Below are positions 1 to 12,049 of a DNA stretch of 64,000 bases, piece by piece; the first letter of the stretch is position 1, and every line of letters starts with the position of its first letter. The notes beneath the pieces are model-generated. The model saw only the letters and a list, made by a program, of their open reading frames with translations. It had not been told where the DNA came from and did no database searches. The DNA lies in assembly GCA_028534125.1 (NCBI GenBank), contig CM052818.1, positions 36,706,001-36,770,000 on the forward strand, read 5' to 3'. The position numbers and the translations under genes were made by a program. The stretch is from Lama glama (lineage: Eukaryota).

Positions 1-1779
1 TCAGCTCTTCTGGGAAGAGCCCTCAGCCACTTACGGCCCTGGAGGACCTGGGCCTTACCACATCTTCCTGGGCAGGAGTAGAGTCCCTGGAGAAACTCCT
101 TCTGAAAGCCTGAGCCCACACGCCCTCTGCTGAAGGTCTGTCCATCGGGGCTCTGGGCTCAAGAGCAGCAGAGCCAGAGGCTGCCGTGGCTCACAAGCCA
201 TGCCACCTGCAGAGGGGCTGGGAGCTCGCCCACAGAGGGTGGGGGCTCTTAGTGGGTGCAGGGAGAGGGAGCGACTTTCTGGGTCATCGGGGTCCTTGGT
301 CCTGTTAGGAGCAGTGGGCTTCTACACAGCAGAGGTGAGTGCTGCTGGTCTCACCCACAGCCTCTTGACAAAAAAGGGATTTTCACATTAGAACCTACTG
401 TGAAGGAAAGAAGGGTAGGGTGCCGCCTGGCTCCCTAGACTGGCACAGCTGAGAACCGGACTGGGCGCAGGCTGCCCCCCGCATCCTCCAGAGGCCCCCA
501 TGACCCGGCCACTGGCCTGGGGGGCTCTGGCCAGGAGCCCATGCATTTAACCAGCCCTGAGGAGGGGTGGGTGCATTAATATTGAACGACTCCCACTCTG
601 TTTACTTTTACAAGCCCCAGCTTCCCATAAATCCAAGTCAGAGTCAATCATCTTCTATGGAAGATATTAATGGCAATTCCATTATTCAAATCCAATCAAT
701 GCAGCTTTTTTTTTTTTTCTGTCCTGTTGTGTTGAGGCCAAGTAGTTTGGAGGGGGGCTTTGGCCCCGGCAATGGGGAAAAAAAAGTCAAATGATCTTGT
801 TTACGTCTCAACATTGTAGTTAGATAACTGCTTAGGAAAAAGGGATTCGGTCTCTCTCCATTTACCTGACAGATTGGGAAGGTTTAATTCTGTTGGCCTA
901 GGAAAAATAAAAATTCGTCTCTTGCATGCACTGCGTCCTGCCTGAGTGCTGTCAGGGACACTCAGTGCTATGGCTTTTTGAACTCAGAACTTAGCTGTGG
1001 TCTACTGCTTTCCAATCAAATTTAAAATTTTTATTTATTTATTTTTACTATGAACCCAACTCTTCCAGGAACTGGCTTCAATAGCCTACAAATTAGCTAA
1101 AACAAGTGGGGGTTATTTGTTCCCAGAAGTAAAAAGGCACAAAAAAGAGACAGAAACCTAGAGATCTAGGAGATCAAGAGGCCAACAGTCCCCCTCCCCA
1201 CCCCCGAATATCCGTGTCTGGATTCACGCCCTTGCCCAGGGTGGCTTCCCCCAACATGTATGCTCACTAAAAAGGGAAGGACCCTGTGAGGACGTGGAAC
1301 TCCTGATACACCACCAGCTGAGGCAGGCTAGAAAAAATCTGCTCAAGCTCCAGAGTAAAGAGGACTATAACTAAGTGAACTATGTTTTCAAACCCAAACC
1401 AGGGACCTGTAGGAAAGGGAATCCTTCTGGTATCCGCCTGAAAGCCTGTCCTTTTCGTCCTGGCTGACTCCCTCCCTCCCTTGGGATTCAAGGTGGGTGG
1501 GTGGGTGTCACTCCCTTCTGGAAGCTCCCCCAGCTCCTGGCCAGATTCCATCCTTGCCCTTTGCACCGTGTGGGGCTGATCCACTCACACGCCCATCTCT
1601 CCCGGCTTCTCCCCCGGCTTACTCAGCATCCTCAGGGGCTACCTCAGCGTTGTGCATGGGGCGGGGGGGCCTCTGCCACCACCAGGGCTCCCCCGGGATG
1701 GAGAATGGTCTCCTGCCTCAATGTGCAAGCTGTTCTGAGACTTCAGAGGAGGATTCAACAGAGCCGGTTTCTGAGAATG

Positions 1780-2030
1780 CTCCTGCGTGGCAGGAGGTAC
1801 AAAGGACTTCTGACCCACCCTGCTTTAGGAGGCTGCTGGGGACCATCTCTTCTCCACTTCCACTCAAAACAAAACAAGGGAAAATGGGCTTAAATTTCAA
1901 CAAGGGAGATTTAGGTCAGATAGAAGAAAAGCCTACAGTAGGAGCCACCGGAACGGGGACTCTGGGAGCTGATGGAATTTCCTTCCCTGGAGATCTGTGG
2001 GAGCAGGTTCCCGTGTCAGGGCTGATCATC
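1780..2030 (+). mobile_element. CR1/L3 LINE fragment (3' ORF2 remnant)
   Basis: aaaacaagggaaaatgggcttaaatttcaacaagggagatttaggtcagatagaagaaaa resembles the CR1 C-terminal RTRGNGLKLQQGRFRLDIRKNF coding region; it is followed by ggaatttccttccctggagatc. Confidence 0.6.
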
Positions 2031-2564
2031 GCCGGGGCTCCCTGGAGCAGGGGGAGAAGGACCAGAGCAGACCCAGCAGGTGTCCGCTCCTCCTCTGCGG
2101 CACATCGCTCAGCAGCCCCGAAGCACCCCATCACCGAGAGCAGGAGGACAAATTACACGTGAGCACACGCGTAATAGAGCAGCGTTCCTCAGGGGCTGTC
2201 GGAAGGTTGTACGTGCTGTCACAGCCCACGGAAATGCCACGCTCTCTGCCTTGTGAAAAAAGCCGATTTCTCTCACTCCTTTGACTGCTGGGGCTGACAA
2301 TGCCCCCTCCTTAAATGATAGTTTTGTTTTCTGTCAGTCTGTCTTCAATGGCACAGGAAGTCTCATCCCGATGAGCTGGAAGAGCCAGCCTGGAAGAGAG
2401 AGCTTCCTGCGGGGTCTCAGATTGAAGCTGCTGGAGCGGGAGAAAGTACCAGCCCCATGGAACAAGGGGATGTGCCTCTCCTTTTGGGATAAGCAAGAGG
2501 TAGATGTCTCACATTAGTCACTGGCATCCCCATCCAACAGGAGGCAAGGTCAAAGGCACTGCCA

Positions 2565-2873
2565 ATACAAATTGTATTTACAAACCCAAAACAGACTCAG
2601 GGACATAGAAAACAAACTATGGTTACCCAAGGGGAAACGGCGAGGGAGGGATAAATCAGGAGTTTGGGATTAACAGATACACATTACTATGTGTACACAA
2701 GGACCTACTGTATAGCACAGGGAACCATGTTCAATTTCTTACAATAACATATAATGGAAAGTTCTGAAAAGACATCTATGCATGCATATGTATAACTGAA
2801 TCGCTTTACTGTACACCTGAAATTAACATTGTAAATCAACTACACTTCAATAAAAAATAAAATAAAAAAAAAA
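2565..2873 (+). mobile_element. L1 3' UTR with poly(A) tail, cetartiodactyl-type
   Basis: aacagactcagggacatagaaaacaaactatggttacc...ctgtatagcacagggaac...gtataactgaatcgctttactgtacacctgaaattaac...aataaa, then an A-tail running into the gap. Confidence 0.92.
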
Positions 2874-3373
2874 NNNNNNNNNNNNNNNNNNNNNNNNNNN
2901 NNNNNNNNNNNNNNNNNNNNNNNNNNNNNNNNNNNNNNNNNNNNNNNNNNNNNNNNNNNNNNNNNNNNNNNNNNNNNNNNNNNNNNNNNNNNNNNNNNNN
3001 NNNNNNNNNNNNNNNNNNNNNNNNNNNNNNNNNNNNNNNNNNNNNNNNNNNNNNNNNNNNNNNNNNNNNNNNNNNNNNNNNNNNNNNNNNNNNNNNNNNN
3101 NNNNNNNNNNNNNNNNNNNNNNNNNNNNNNNNNNNNNNNNNNNNNNNNNNNNNNNNNNNNNNNNNNNNNNNNNNNNNNNNNNNNNNNNNNNNNNNNNNNN
3201 NNNNNNNNNNNNNNNNNNNNNNNNNNNNNNNNNNNNNNNNNNNNNNNNNNNNNNNNNNNNNNNNNNNNNNNNNNNNNNNNNNNNNNNNNNNNNNNNNNNN
3301 NNNNNNNNNNNNNNNNNNNNNNNNNNNNNNNNNNNNNNNNNNNNNNNNNNNNNNNNNNNNNNNNNNNNNNNNN
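2874..3373. other. Assembly gap (500 N)
   Basis: Run of N starting directly after the L1 poly(A) tail. Confidence 1.
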
Positions 3374-4426
3374 AGGTGCCAGGTCGGCACCCTCGGTTCT
3401 GGTAATCCCCACACTGGGGAATTACAGCCAGTTCTGCCAAGAGCTCTCCAAGGCCCGTGAGAGAGGCTGGGTCAGTTCACAGCATCTGTGTGCTGACACG
3501 GGACCGGGGCCAAGACCTGCCAGAGCATCACTGTGCCCAGGACGGCAGCTGTGCACCCTGGTCTGCCCTCCTCCGTCCGCACAATTCGGTCCCATGCTGA
3601 ACAACGTGCTGAGATCATTGGCCAAAGGCAGGCGATGCCCCGGGGTGGATCCCGCATTTCTGGGTACAAGGTTGTTCAGGAAGGGGCCTGGGGACGTGTG
3701 TCAGTGCAGGGGTCTGACCAGCAGGGCAGGACTGGTGCCTCCTTCGGGAAATCCTTCTCAAAGGAGATGCGGAGTTTCTGTCTGTTTCAAGCTGTTCTAG
3801 AAAGCAGCAAGGGACCCATTCTCCTGGCCTTGGTGTCTCCCAGTCCTGACCACCCATTCTAGAGTAGGAGAGGTCAGAAGGCTAAAAGGGGCCTCCCCCG
3901 GGGCTGGTTACCACAGTTATTGAGAAATGAGCACGCGTGGGGAACCGCTGTGGCTTCCTCCACCACAGGGGCTGGCCGCAAGGTCTGTGCCACGTTCCAG
4001 ATGTGACCATTACAGGGCCAAGCATCCAGCAACTCCACCCTGTTCCTCACAGCTCCCAACTCAGGGTGGCTCTGTGGTCTGAGAAGTGCGCCCGAGATCG
4101 TTCCCGACAGCAGGCCTTGGGGAGGCTGGCGTGTGGGTGCTGATGCGCCCCACCCAGGGGAGGGCCAAGAATGGACCTTCTTAGCAGTGAGAGAGCTCTC
4201 CCCTCCTCTTCCTTGGGGTCCCTCCCTGACTGAGGGCCTCTGGGCAGGTCTTTGAAATGGTCCTGCAGACAGAGGGCGAGCAGCTGCCCTAGCTGGTACG
4301 GTGACAGAGTGGGCGGGAGAGGAGCAGCTCTTGGCAGAGCCAACCAGACACTAAACACAAACCAACCCACGCAGTCCTGTTCACACCATCTGGGCGCAGA
4401 ACTCCTTCCCCAGGACAGAGGTCTCC

Positions 4427-4470
4427 ACAGGAACGTGGCCAGAAGGCTACAGGAACGTGGCCAGAAGGCT
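4427..4470 (+). repeat. Perfect 22-bp tandem duplication
   Basis: acaggaacgtggccagaaggct at 4427-4448 and again at 4449-4470. Confidence 0.95.
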
Positions 4471-4814
4471 GCAGCACCTCCCTGATACGGGGAAGTGCGC
4501 CAGGCCCCTGAGAAGACGGGGCGTTCAGACAGTGTCCTGAAGACACCCCTCCCACTCCACGCCCCAGGGGCCTTGGTTTGGCCTCCAAACACCACTAAGA
4601 AGCCTAACGGCATCACTAACCAGCCAGCCGGCCGGTGAGGCTGTGGTCTGCAGGCCCTAGGAGACACCTCCGGGGCCCTGCCCTGGGTGAGGGAGACAGA
4701 AGGGGAGCACAGGCCTCCCGGGCTCCGAGTCTAGGTCACACGGAGACCAAGGCCAGACAAGTGAGAGGTTAAAACTCATGGCAGAAGAGAGTGTGGGACA
4801 CGCTGGGGCGGAGG

Positions 4815-5010
4815 CAGAGCTCCCAAGTCACACTGACCTGGGGTAAGTTATTCAGCCTCTCTGGACCTTGGTTTACTTCTCTGTAAAGGTGGACAATAAC
4901 AGTGCCCCCGTCCATAGGGTTGGTGGGAGAATTCGGGGAGAGAGCACACGGAAATCCTTTAGCAGAGCCCCGGCCCACTGTCAACACTCAATACCTATCC
5001 CTGTTACTCC
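4815..5010 (+). mobile_element. MIR SINE
   Basis: tgacctggggtaagttattcagcctctctggaccttggtttacttctctgtaaa matches the MIR core, with a MIR-like 3' part. Confidence 0.8.
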
Positions 5011-5394
5011 AGAGACTAAATCCTGCTGGGCTAGGGGAGTGGGTGATGCCTTTGGGTGGGGAGAGAGGGCTTCAGAGAGGCAAGGCCCGAGCCGGGCTCT
5101 TAGCAGGACCCCAGTGGTGAGGATGGAGTGGCATCCCCGTTGCTGCACTGCCCCCGCCAAGCCTCGTTCTAAACGGATTATTGTTTATTGGTGGCTTATC
5201 CCATCTCTTGGGTTATGAATTATTTACCAGATAATGGCTTCATAATTGTTAATGACAGATGCCCCAAGGACATGCTGACATACCTTCTGAAGCCACAGTG
5301 CTAACTGGGGTGTTGTCCCAGAAGCCCCCATGTGGCCACATCCAGAGTGTCACTCCTCCGGACAGAGCCTGGCTGGCCCCTTGGGGATCAATCA

Positions 5395-5495
5395 TGAATC
5401 CACTCCCCTCATGACACAGATAAAGAAACTGAGATCCAAAGAGGAGGCAGGGACATGCTTCCAGGTCCCAAAGCCGGCCAGTGGCAGCCCTGGGT
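5395..5495 (-). mobile_element. MIR fragment
   Basis: acagataaagaaactgagatccaaagag...ccaggtcccaaagc is a reverse MIR core. Confidence 0.65.
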
Positions 5496-5904
5496 GGTAC
5501 AAGCCCCAAAGTCTCTGATGGTCATTCATCCACAGTTTGGGGCAGCTGTGGGCTGAGCAGGAGTTCAAGTCCTCTTCGGGGGTGAGGAAGTGCGGGGCTG
5601 TGATGGGTGCTGGGAGATTCCCCACCAGAAGTAAGGAGGGGCCCCTGGACCTTCTGCCGTTGTCTGCAGAGAATCAGTTTGCAGCCCAGTGGCTGTTTGG
5701 GATTCCTGTGGGTTGAGGAGGGCTGCCTCACTGGGAGCCGAAGTCCCCTGCTGACTGGATGTGTTCAGCAAGCAGAGGCCACCGGGTGACTGGCATGAAG
5801 GAGGGGTGCAGGGGGTGGGCACACCGACACCTTCCTTGGAGGTGCATTTGGTCCTGAGGACAGCATGATTTAAGTCCATGTCTTGGCTGGGGTCCTAGCC
5901 CTTA

Positions 5905-6135
5905 GGATAATAATAGCACACCCTTGTACTGGACTATGTTTCGTGCACTGCTCTCGGTGCTGCCTTATGTTAACTAAATCCTGTAACCACCTTGTGAGGG
6001 AGGTATAGTTATAATCCTTATTTTGCAGGTGAAGAAATTGAGGCATGAGAGATTCAACAGTGTGCCGGAAGTCACCCGGCTGGTAAAGGGCAGGGCTGGT
6101 TCCACCGTCTGTGCTCCTGACCTACACTATGCTGC
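5905..6135 (-). mobile_element. MIR SINE
   Basis: ccttattttgcaggtgaagaaattgaggcatgagagattcaacagtgtgccggaagtcac is a reverse MIR core. Confidence 0.85.
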
Positions 6136-6514
6136 TCACTGTAAACATTCCCCAGATGAATGAATGAATGAATGATGAACAAATGAGTGAAGGCTGTGAG
6201 GCCCCTCTGAACATGAGACGCACCTGTCCAAAACAGTTTTAAATGTTAAAGTAAGAATATTGAGAGCCTGGTTTCCAGCAGGATTCAGGGAGCCTGTCTT
6301 CCTCCTGGTCTGGGGACAGTGCTCGGAAGAGCAGAAAGGAGAGCTCTGGCCTGGGTGCGTGGTGTCCCCAGGGGTGGTGGCCTCAGAAGGGCTGGGCCAG
6401 TGCACTGCCCTCACTGCCCTACAGTAGGCGGCTGTTAGCTGCTCTGATGGGTGTGGCAGGGCCCTGAGCACACACAGGTGAGGCAGGTTAAATGAGATGC
6501 TTCTGAGGCACACA

Positions 6515-6700
6515 GGTCACTTACTCATCCCATGTGTTCCAGGGCCTTCTTTGTGCCAGGCTTTGGGGAGGGACCCAGTGACTGAGACACAGCCCTTGCC
6601 CTTAGCAGACTCCTAGCTGTCTCCCAAGGCAGACAAGAAAACAGCCAGGTGTCAGGTGAGAGTGTTCAGTGACAGCAGGGAAACAGAGGGCCTGGGGAAC
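6515..6700 (-). mobile_element. L2 3' fragment
   Basis: tgtgccaggctttgggg...gagacacagcccttgcccttagcagactcctag is a reverse L2 3' end. Confidence 0.6.
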
Positions 6701-6803
6701 CAGAAGCCACACTGGAGGCCATGTGAGTTGACTTCCCATGATCAGTTCCTTTACAGTGTTAATATGTGCTCAGCTCTGAGCTCACAGGGGCCCGGGATGA
6801 GCC

Positions 6804-6824
6804 TTCAGCACCGCGGACAGTGAA
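6804..6824 (+). promoter_or_regulatory. RE1/NRSE (REST binding site)
   Basis: TTCAGCACCGCGGACAGTGAA: perfect TCAGCACC-nn-GGACAG core with the canonical 2-nt spacer; 17/21 identity to consensus TTCAGCACCACGGACAGCGCC. Confidence 0.8.
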
Positions 6825-7050
6825 AGGACTGCACTTGACCCAAAAAAGAACCGGATGGGTGCTGGGGAGAGTAACAGCATCAGGAAGTCAGAGAAGAGAA
6901 AATTCCCAGGGGTGGGTGACCTGGGAGCACTTTGCCAGGAGATGCATAGGGACAGGAGAGGCAGGCTTAGTAGGACAAATGCCCAGAGGTGTGACGCACA
7001 CGAGCAGGGTCAGTGAGGAGCACCGGGTCTGTCTAGATGGGAGCGGAGGC

Positions 7051-7115
7051 TGTGTGTGTGTGCATGTGTGTGCGCGCGTGTGTGTGCGTGCGTGTGCACT
7101 CATGTGCGCGTGTGT
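7051..7115. repeat. (TG/CG)n compound microsatellite
   Basis: Alternating purine-pyrimidine tract tgtgtgtgtgtgcatgtgtgtgcgcgcgtg..., with one break near 7100. Confidence 0.9.
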
Positions 7116-8124
7116 TGGAGTGGAGGTCACGGGAGGCGAGTTTGGCTACCTGGTCCGGGGTCAGACTTACTTTATCTGAGTCACAAAGCCAGCGGTGCAG
7201 CTCTGTGCTCACCTGCTCAAGATGCAGAGCACTCCGAGTGTGTTTTAGAAAGCCTTGAACTGGTGCTAAATAAATCATTGCACTGTTTATTCTGGGTTGG
7301 AGAGGGAGGGTGCCTCCTGTCCGCACTAATGGGAGGGCGAGACTCTCTGGCTGACGGGTGGGGCGGCCTCATGCACATCTGTGAGACTCAGCGCTGATCT
7401 GAGAAGGGACCCTGGACGATAGGCCCTCTCCATAGTCTGACTTTCATTTCCCACGTTCAGCACCTGCCTGTGTACCTGGAGGAGGGGGCCGGGTTAATTG
7501 CTACCTGCTGCGCTGTTACTAGGTTACTTAGTGAAAGCAGAAATATGCTTTTAATGATTTTGTGGTGTTGTTGCTACCTCACGAACCAGATGCTTTTATC
7601 TAAATGAGTTGCTACAAATCAAAAGAAGGGCCCGAGAGGGTTGCTAGGCTGCATCTGTCTCACACGGGGAAGCTCCAGCCCCCTGAACGAGGCTTAAGTC
7701 TCCCCCATTCTTTTAGCTTCCAGCTCCCTTACAAGTAGGAGTGAAAACATGTATCAGCAGCTGTAATTAATGCGCCTCCGAGTGGCCTGGATGAGAGGAT
7801 GCAGGAGTGAATGGCGTGGTCTCCCGGTGGCAAAGGTCTCTGTTCAACTTGGCACAGGTGGGTGACAGCCCGGGCCTGGCTGCCTGAGGTCCGTCGGCCT
7901 CTTGGGTCACGGTGGGTGGAAGGAAGGACAACCCAGATGTGATTCTTCCAGTTTCCCTCCTGGGTGCGGGTGGTGCTACATTGAAGCCCAGAGGATGGCC
8001 ACTCAGAGCTGGGCTTGACACACGGTAGGCGCTCAACTAACGTTTGCGGAAGACAGGCAGGTGCAGACTGACACTCAGGGCTCCGAGGCATCAACTGAAG
8101 GAGTGGCAGTTGACACGGAGGCCA

Positions 8125-8350
8125 CAGGGGCTCTGGATTGGGAATCAGGAAACAAGGACTCTAGTTCCCACCTGCTCTGATGGGCTGTGTGACCTCAGGC
8201 AAGACACTGGCCCTCTCTGGACCTCAGCATGTTGTTTGGTATAATTAATGGCAGCAATAATCCCCCTCTGTTTCCTTCCTAGGGTCTCCTTCTTGACCAA
8301 GTAGATGAAATTATGTGGAAGTATTTACTCTGAGAACTAAAAGCACTGGG
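8125..8350 (+). mobile_element. MIR SINE
   Basis: ctggattgggaatcaggaaac...gctgtgtgacctcaggcaagacactggccctctctggacctcag. Confidence 0.8.
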
Positions 8351-8839
8351 TCATAGGAGGAGGTAAAGTAAGTCATACGATCTTAACCTTGGACATTCTA
8401 ACGAAGTGGGGTTGGGGCAGCGGCTGCCCAGAGCAAGAGGCTGCTAGAGTCTCTGGGGCTCAGGGAGTGCATGGGGAGCCTGGCTGTGAGAGTGGTCTCA
8501 GACCGGTGCTCCGTGAGCCCTCAGCTCTGTTCCCATTATCCAAGAGGGTGGGTTCTGGAGGCTTAGCGTTGCACTCAATGCCCATCACAGCTGAGACCCA
8601 ATTACCTTTCCAGCCACATCTCCCAACGCTTAGGTCTCCCTTAGCAGTTATGGTCTGAGCTCTCCTGTCCTTGCATATCTTCAGGCTTTTGCACAAGTTG
8701 TTCCTGTTGCCTGCACACACACACATACACAGACAGACAGATACACACATGCTACTTTCCAGCTTGAAGTTTCCTCTTTTTGGAAGCCTGTGGTTTTGAC
8801 CAAACTAAGTGAGTTGCTGAGAGCTCTCATGGCCTCACA

Positions 8840-9140
8840 TGTGAGCTCTGGTTCAGGGATTTGGTCTCATGGTCACTGCTGTATCTCCAGTGCCTGGAAT
8901 AATGCCTGGCATAGAGCAGGTGCTCAAGAAATATTTGTTGAGTGAATGAGTTCATCCAGAGCACATTCTGTAATCTCCTATTGTTGCATTTATTACAATG
9001 TATTATAAGAATGTATTTGCTTGCTGGTCTCCCTCCTGGACTGCCAGCTCCTTGAGGACTGGCTTTTGTCAGACCTCTCTGGATCTCAGACCTAGAACAA
9101 TATACAATGTAGCTGCCAACAAGTGCTTGAATGAATGACT
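8840..9140 (+). mobile_element. Two adjacent L2 3' ends
   Basis: cactgctgtatctccagtgcctggaataatgcctggcatagagcaggtgctcaagaaatatttgttgagtgaatga, then a second tail ending gcttgaatgaatga. Confidence 0.85.
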
Positions 9141-9823
9141 GTGTTAGGGAATACCATTTCGTTTTACTATGTGCTGGGAGTATTCCTCCTACAGCCCTAG
9201 TGCTTCTAACTCTATCTGTCATGTTGCATGAGAAAGGGAGAATTTATGATTAGAAGACAAAAGCTTAAAAGTTCTTCTGAGTGACCTGCAAATATATGAG
9301 ATCATCAGTAAGAGACAGGAGCCCACATATTCAGGAGCGTCCTTAAACGGTCACTGGACAAAAGTGTGTGTGATGCTCTCCCGGAGCACGACTCTGGCAG
9401 GGCCACTACCACTCTATTCAGCATTTCTGCACAAATTAGAAAGAGGCTCTCCTCCCTCTGAGCACTCACAGGGCACAGAAAAGCTTGCAGAGCCTGGGCT
9501 GGGTGTCAGCTCCCATGCTCCCCGAGCCAGATGCCCTCCTGTAGGGCACAGACTCACAACTGTTCCCGGCAGCCCTGGCCTCCGGGGCAGGTGCAAGGGA
9601 AGGAAGGAGACAGGTCACTTGGAAAATCAAACTTGGACACAAAAATAAACTCTGAGGTTTTGCAGATAAGCTATTTCTAGCCCAGGTGCCAAACGAGGTT
9701 TTGCAGCAAGAGTGAATTGCTGTGTGTGCCCACCCCACCCCCATTTGCTAAGGGGAACTGCCTCCCTGTGTGTGTGCTCTTCCCGCACAACTCAGCATCC
9801 AGAAATTGGGGATCTGCCCCCAG

Positions 9824-9923
9824 NNNNNNNNNNNNNNNNNNNNNNNNNNNNNNNNNNNNNNNNNNNNNNNNNNNNNNNNNNNNNNNNNNNNNNNNNNNNN
9901 NNNNNNNNNNNNNNNNNNNNNNN
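9824..9923. other. Assembly gap (100 N)
   Basis: Run of exactly 100 N, commonly a placeholder for a gap of unknown size. Confidence 1.
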
Positions 9924-9985
9924 GGGGAAGCCACACCTGGGAAGTCCCCACGTCTGCTAGAGGTGGGTCACACCCCTAGGCTTGG

Positions 9986-10163
9986 CGGTGCCTCTGACCT
10001 TGGCGTCCTGTTGGAACTGCCTGGGGAGCGTCACAAAGACACTGATGCCTGCGTCCCATCTGGAGAGATTTTGATCTAATAGATCTGATGTGTAGCCTGG
10101 ATATCGGCACTTAAAGAACTTCCCTGGGTGATTTTAATATCCGGCCAGGGTTGAGAGCCACTG
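9986..10163. mobile_element. MER5-family hAT-Charlie MITE
   Basis: cctggggagc...actgatgcctg...gggtgattttaatatccggccagggttgagagccactg, with the characteristic MER5 terminal inverted repeat. Confidence 0.8.
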
Positions 10164-11039
10164 TTTAGACCTGGAAGAAACAAACAAGGAGCTGATCTGT
10201 TACAACGTGATCCAACGTGAGACACTCTGACAGTGGCCTGGGAGGAAAATATGTGCTCAGATCAGAGGCACTTCTCCAAGGGTACCAGTGACGGGGTCAC
10301 CAGGTCAGGAGGAACATTAACTGCCCCCAAATCCTAAATGTGGGCATCTCCATGTGATCAATAGGGAAAAAAAAATATCTTCTAACAAGCATGGTTGATG
10401 TAAAAGCATTTTTAGGCTGGGGCGAGATGAACAGGGTTGCCACTGGACCATAGCCAAGTTCCCTGGCTTTCAGGTGGCTAGATCCAGGGGTTAGGCTTTT
10501 AGAACATCTTAAAGAGGAGATAAATTACATATTATCCAGGAATTCTGTTTTGCCAAATCTCCGTAACCTTCGCCTCCATTGCTCAGGGCTTAGAATCCAG
10601 GAGTTTGGTAATATCTTTGATTGAGAGTAGTAGTTAAGGCTTTAGGATACACAGATGCCCATCCCCATGAGAACAGCTAAGTTAGAAGGTCTGGGGGAAG
10701 AACCCAGGTGTGTTACATTGGTTAAAGGCCCCCAGGTGCCCACAGGGTTCACCGAAGGCTGAGCACTGCCGCCCAGGCAGTGTCATTTTCCCGCTGAAGC
10801 TGCCAAGCCCCCCTTGGGAGCTAGGATGGTGGGGGATTATTCTGCACCTACAGCAGAGGAGACAGAGGCTCTGAAAGCTGTCTGGGGCTTGCCTGGAGTT
10901 AGCGGTGGATTTAGGACAAGGTGGTGGATTGGGGCCAGTCTCCCAGTCTCGGGTCCTGTCCAACCTACACGGCCTGTGAGGTCACTCTGTCCAGCAGTCC
11001 TATGTCCTCTGAACTGAATAAGATCATCTGATCCCATGA

Positions 11040-11560
11040 TGGGGAGGTAAGAGAACAGTCCCTGTCCTCCAGAAGCTCATGGTCCAGGAGGGAAGATGAC
11101 AGACTCAAGGCGAAGAAGACGGAGGTTCACAGTCGAGGGAGGGGCGAGCGGTGAGGCACCCCTAGAGGTCTGGCCAGGCTGAGTCTCAGAAGAGATCAAG
11201 ACAGGTGGATAACGGATTCTCAGGACTCTGGAGAAGTGGTCGGGGCCTTAGGACAGAGGTGCTGCCCCAGAATCAAGCCCCAGGGACAGCTGATGCAGAC
11301 AGAGGAAAGGGGTCGATGAGAGACAGGAAAGCTGAGGGAAACCTGGGAGCACAGACAACCTCATTTATAGGCAGAAGGAGGAAAAGGGGTTGGGGTGGCC
11401 AGAAAGACAGAGATGTTGCCCACAGTTCTCCACGAGACATTTCTCAATGGGACACAAGCAGTGAGATCATTTGTGGATCCCGAGGTGGACGGGGCCGGCT
11501 GGACGACTTTAGGACAGTGGAGAAGGTGGGGAACAGCTGCAGGGACCGGGCAGGGAATGG
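11040..11560 (-). mobile_element. Degraded L2
   Basis: acagtccctgtcctccagaagctcatggtccaggagggaag and a purine-rich continuation typical of reverse L2. Confidence 0.5.
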
Positions 11561-11850
11561 ACCAGAGATGTACTAAGGATACCCGGGCCAGGCTGAGGGT
11601 TTGGCTGAAGCTCCACTGAAGGACCTGTGCCCGAGCCCACGGGTTACATGGCCTCCTAGGGGGTCTGAGCTCCCAGATGCCCGGAGGAGGTAGGGGCTGC
11701 CAAGGTCCCCAGGATGCGGCCAGGACAGGCAAGAACTAAGGACAAGTGGGTGACAGCTTGTATGTGTTGGAGAAAGTAGCACTGAAATGTCAGCCCACAG
11801 GTCCATCCTTGGGGTGGAAGCCAAAGGGGGATGGATAAGAAAGAGGAGCC

Positions 11851-12049
11851 CACAAGGGGTGTATCCCATCAGATATGCCTGGTGATATCACTCTCAAGGT
11901 CCTTCCCAATCCTAAAATACATGCTTCTTGAAGGTTGGGATGAGTAAGAGCCATGAGCCAGCTTGCGTCAGAGGCAGGGAATAGAAGACCCCCAAAGAAG
12001 GGCCATCAACCCACTACCCTGGGTCTCTCTATTCCCTGCACCCCCGCCA
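11851..12049 (+). repeat. 199-bp local duplication, copy 1
   Basis: Aligns without gaps to 12956-13154 with 12 mismatches by manual count. Confidence 0.95.

Noticed and set aside
1497..2162. 221-aa ORF
   Set aside because: Non-ATG start, overlaps a CR1/L3 remnant, and has no recognisable protein homology.
2836..3440. Long ORFs of about 190-197 aa
   Set aside because: Artefacts of translating through the 500-N gap.
9677..10079. ORFs containing X runs
   Set aside because: They span the 100-N gap.
10432..10569. Possible MER53-like MITE (agggttgcca...tttgccaaatctccgtaacct)
   Set aside because: TIRs are too degenerate and the interior does not match what I recall of the family.
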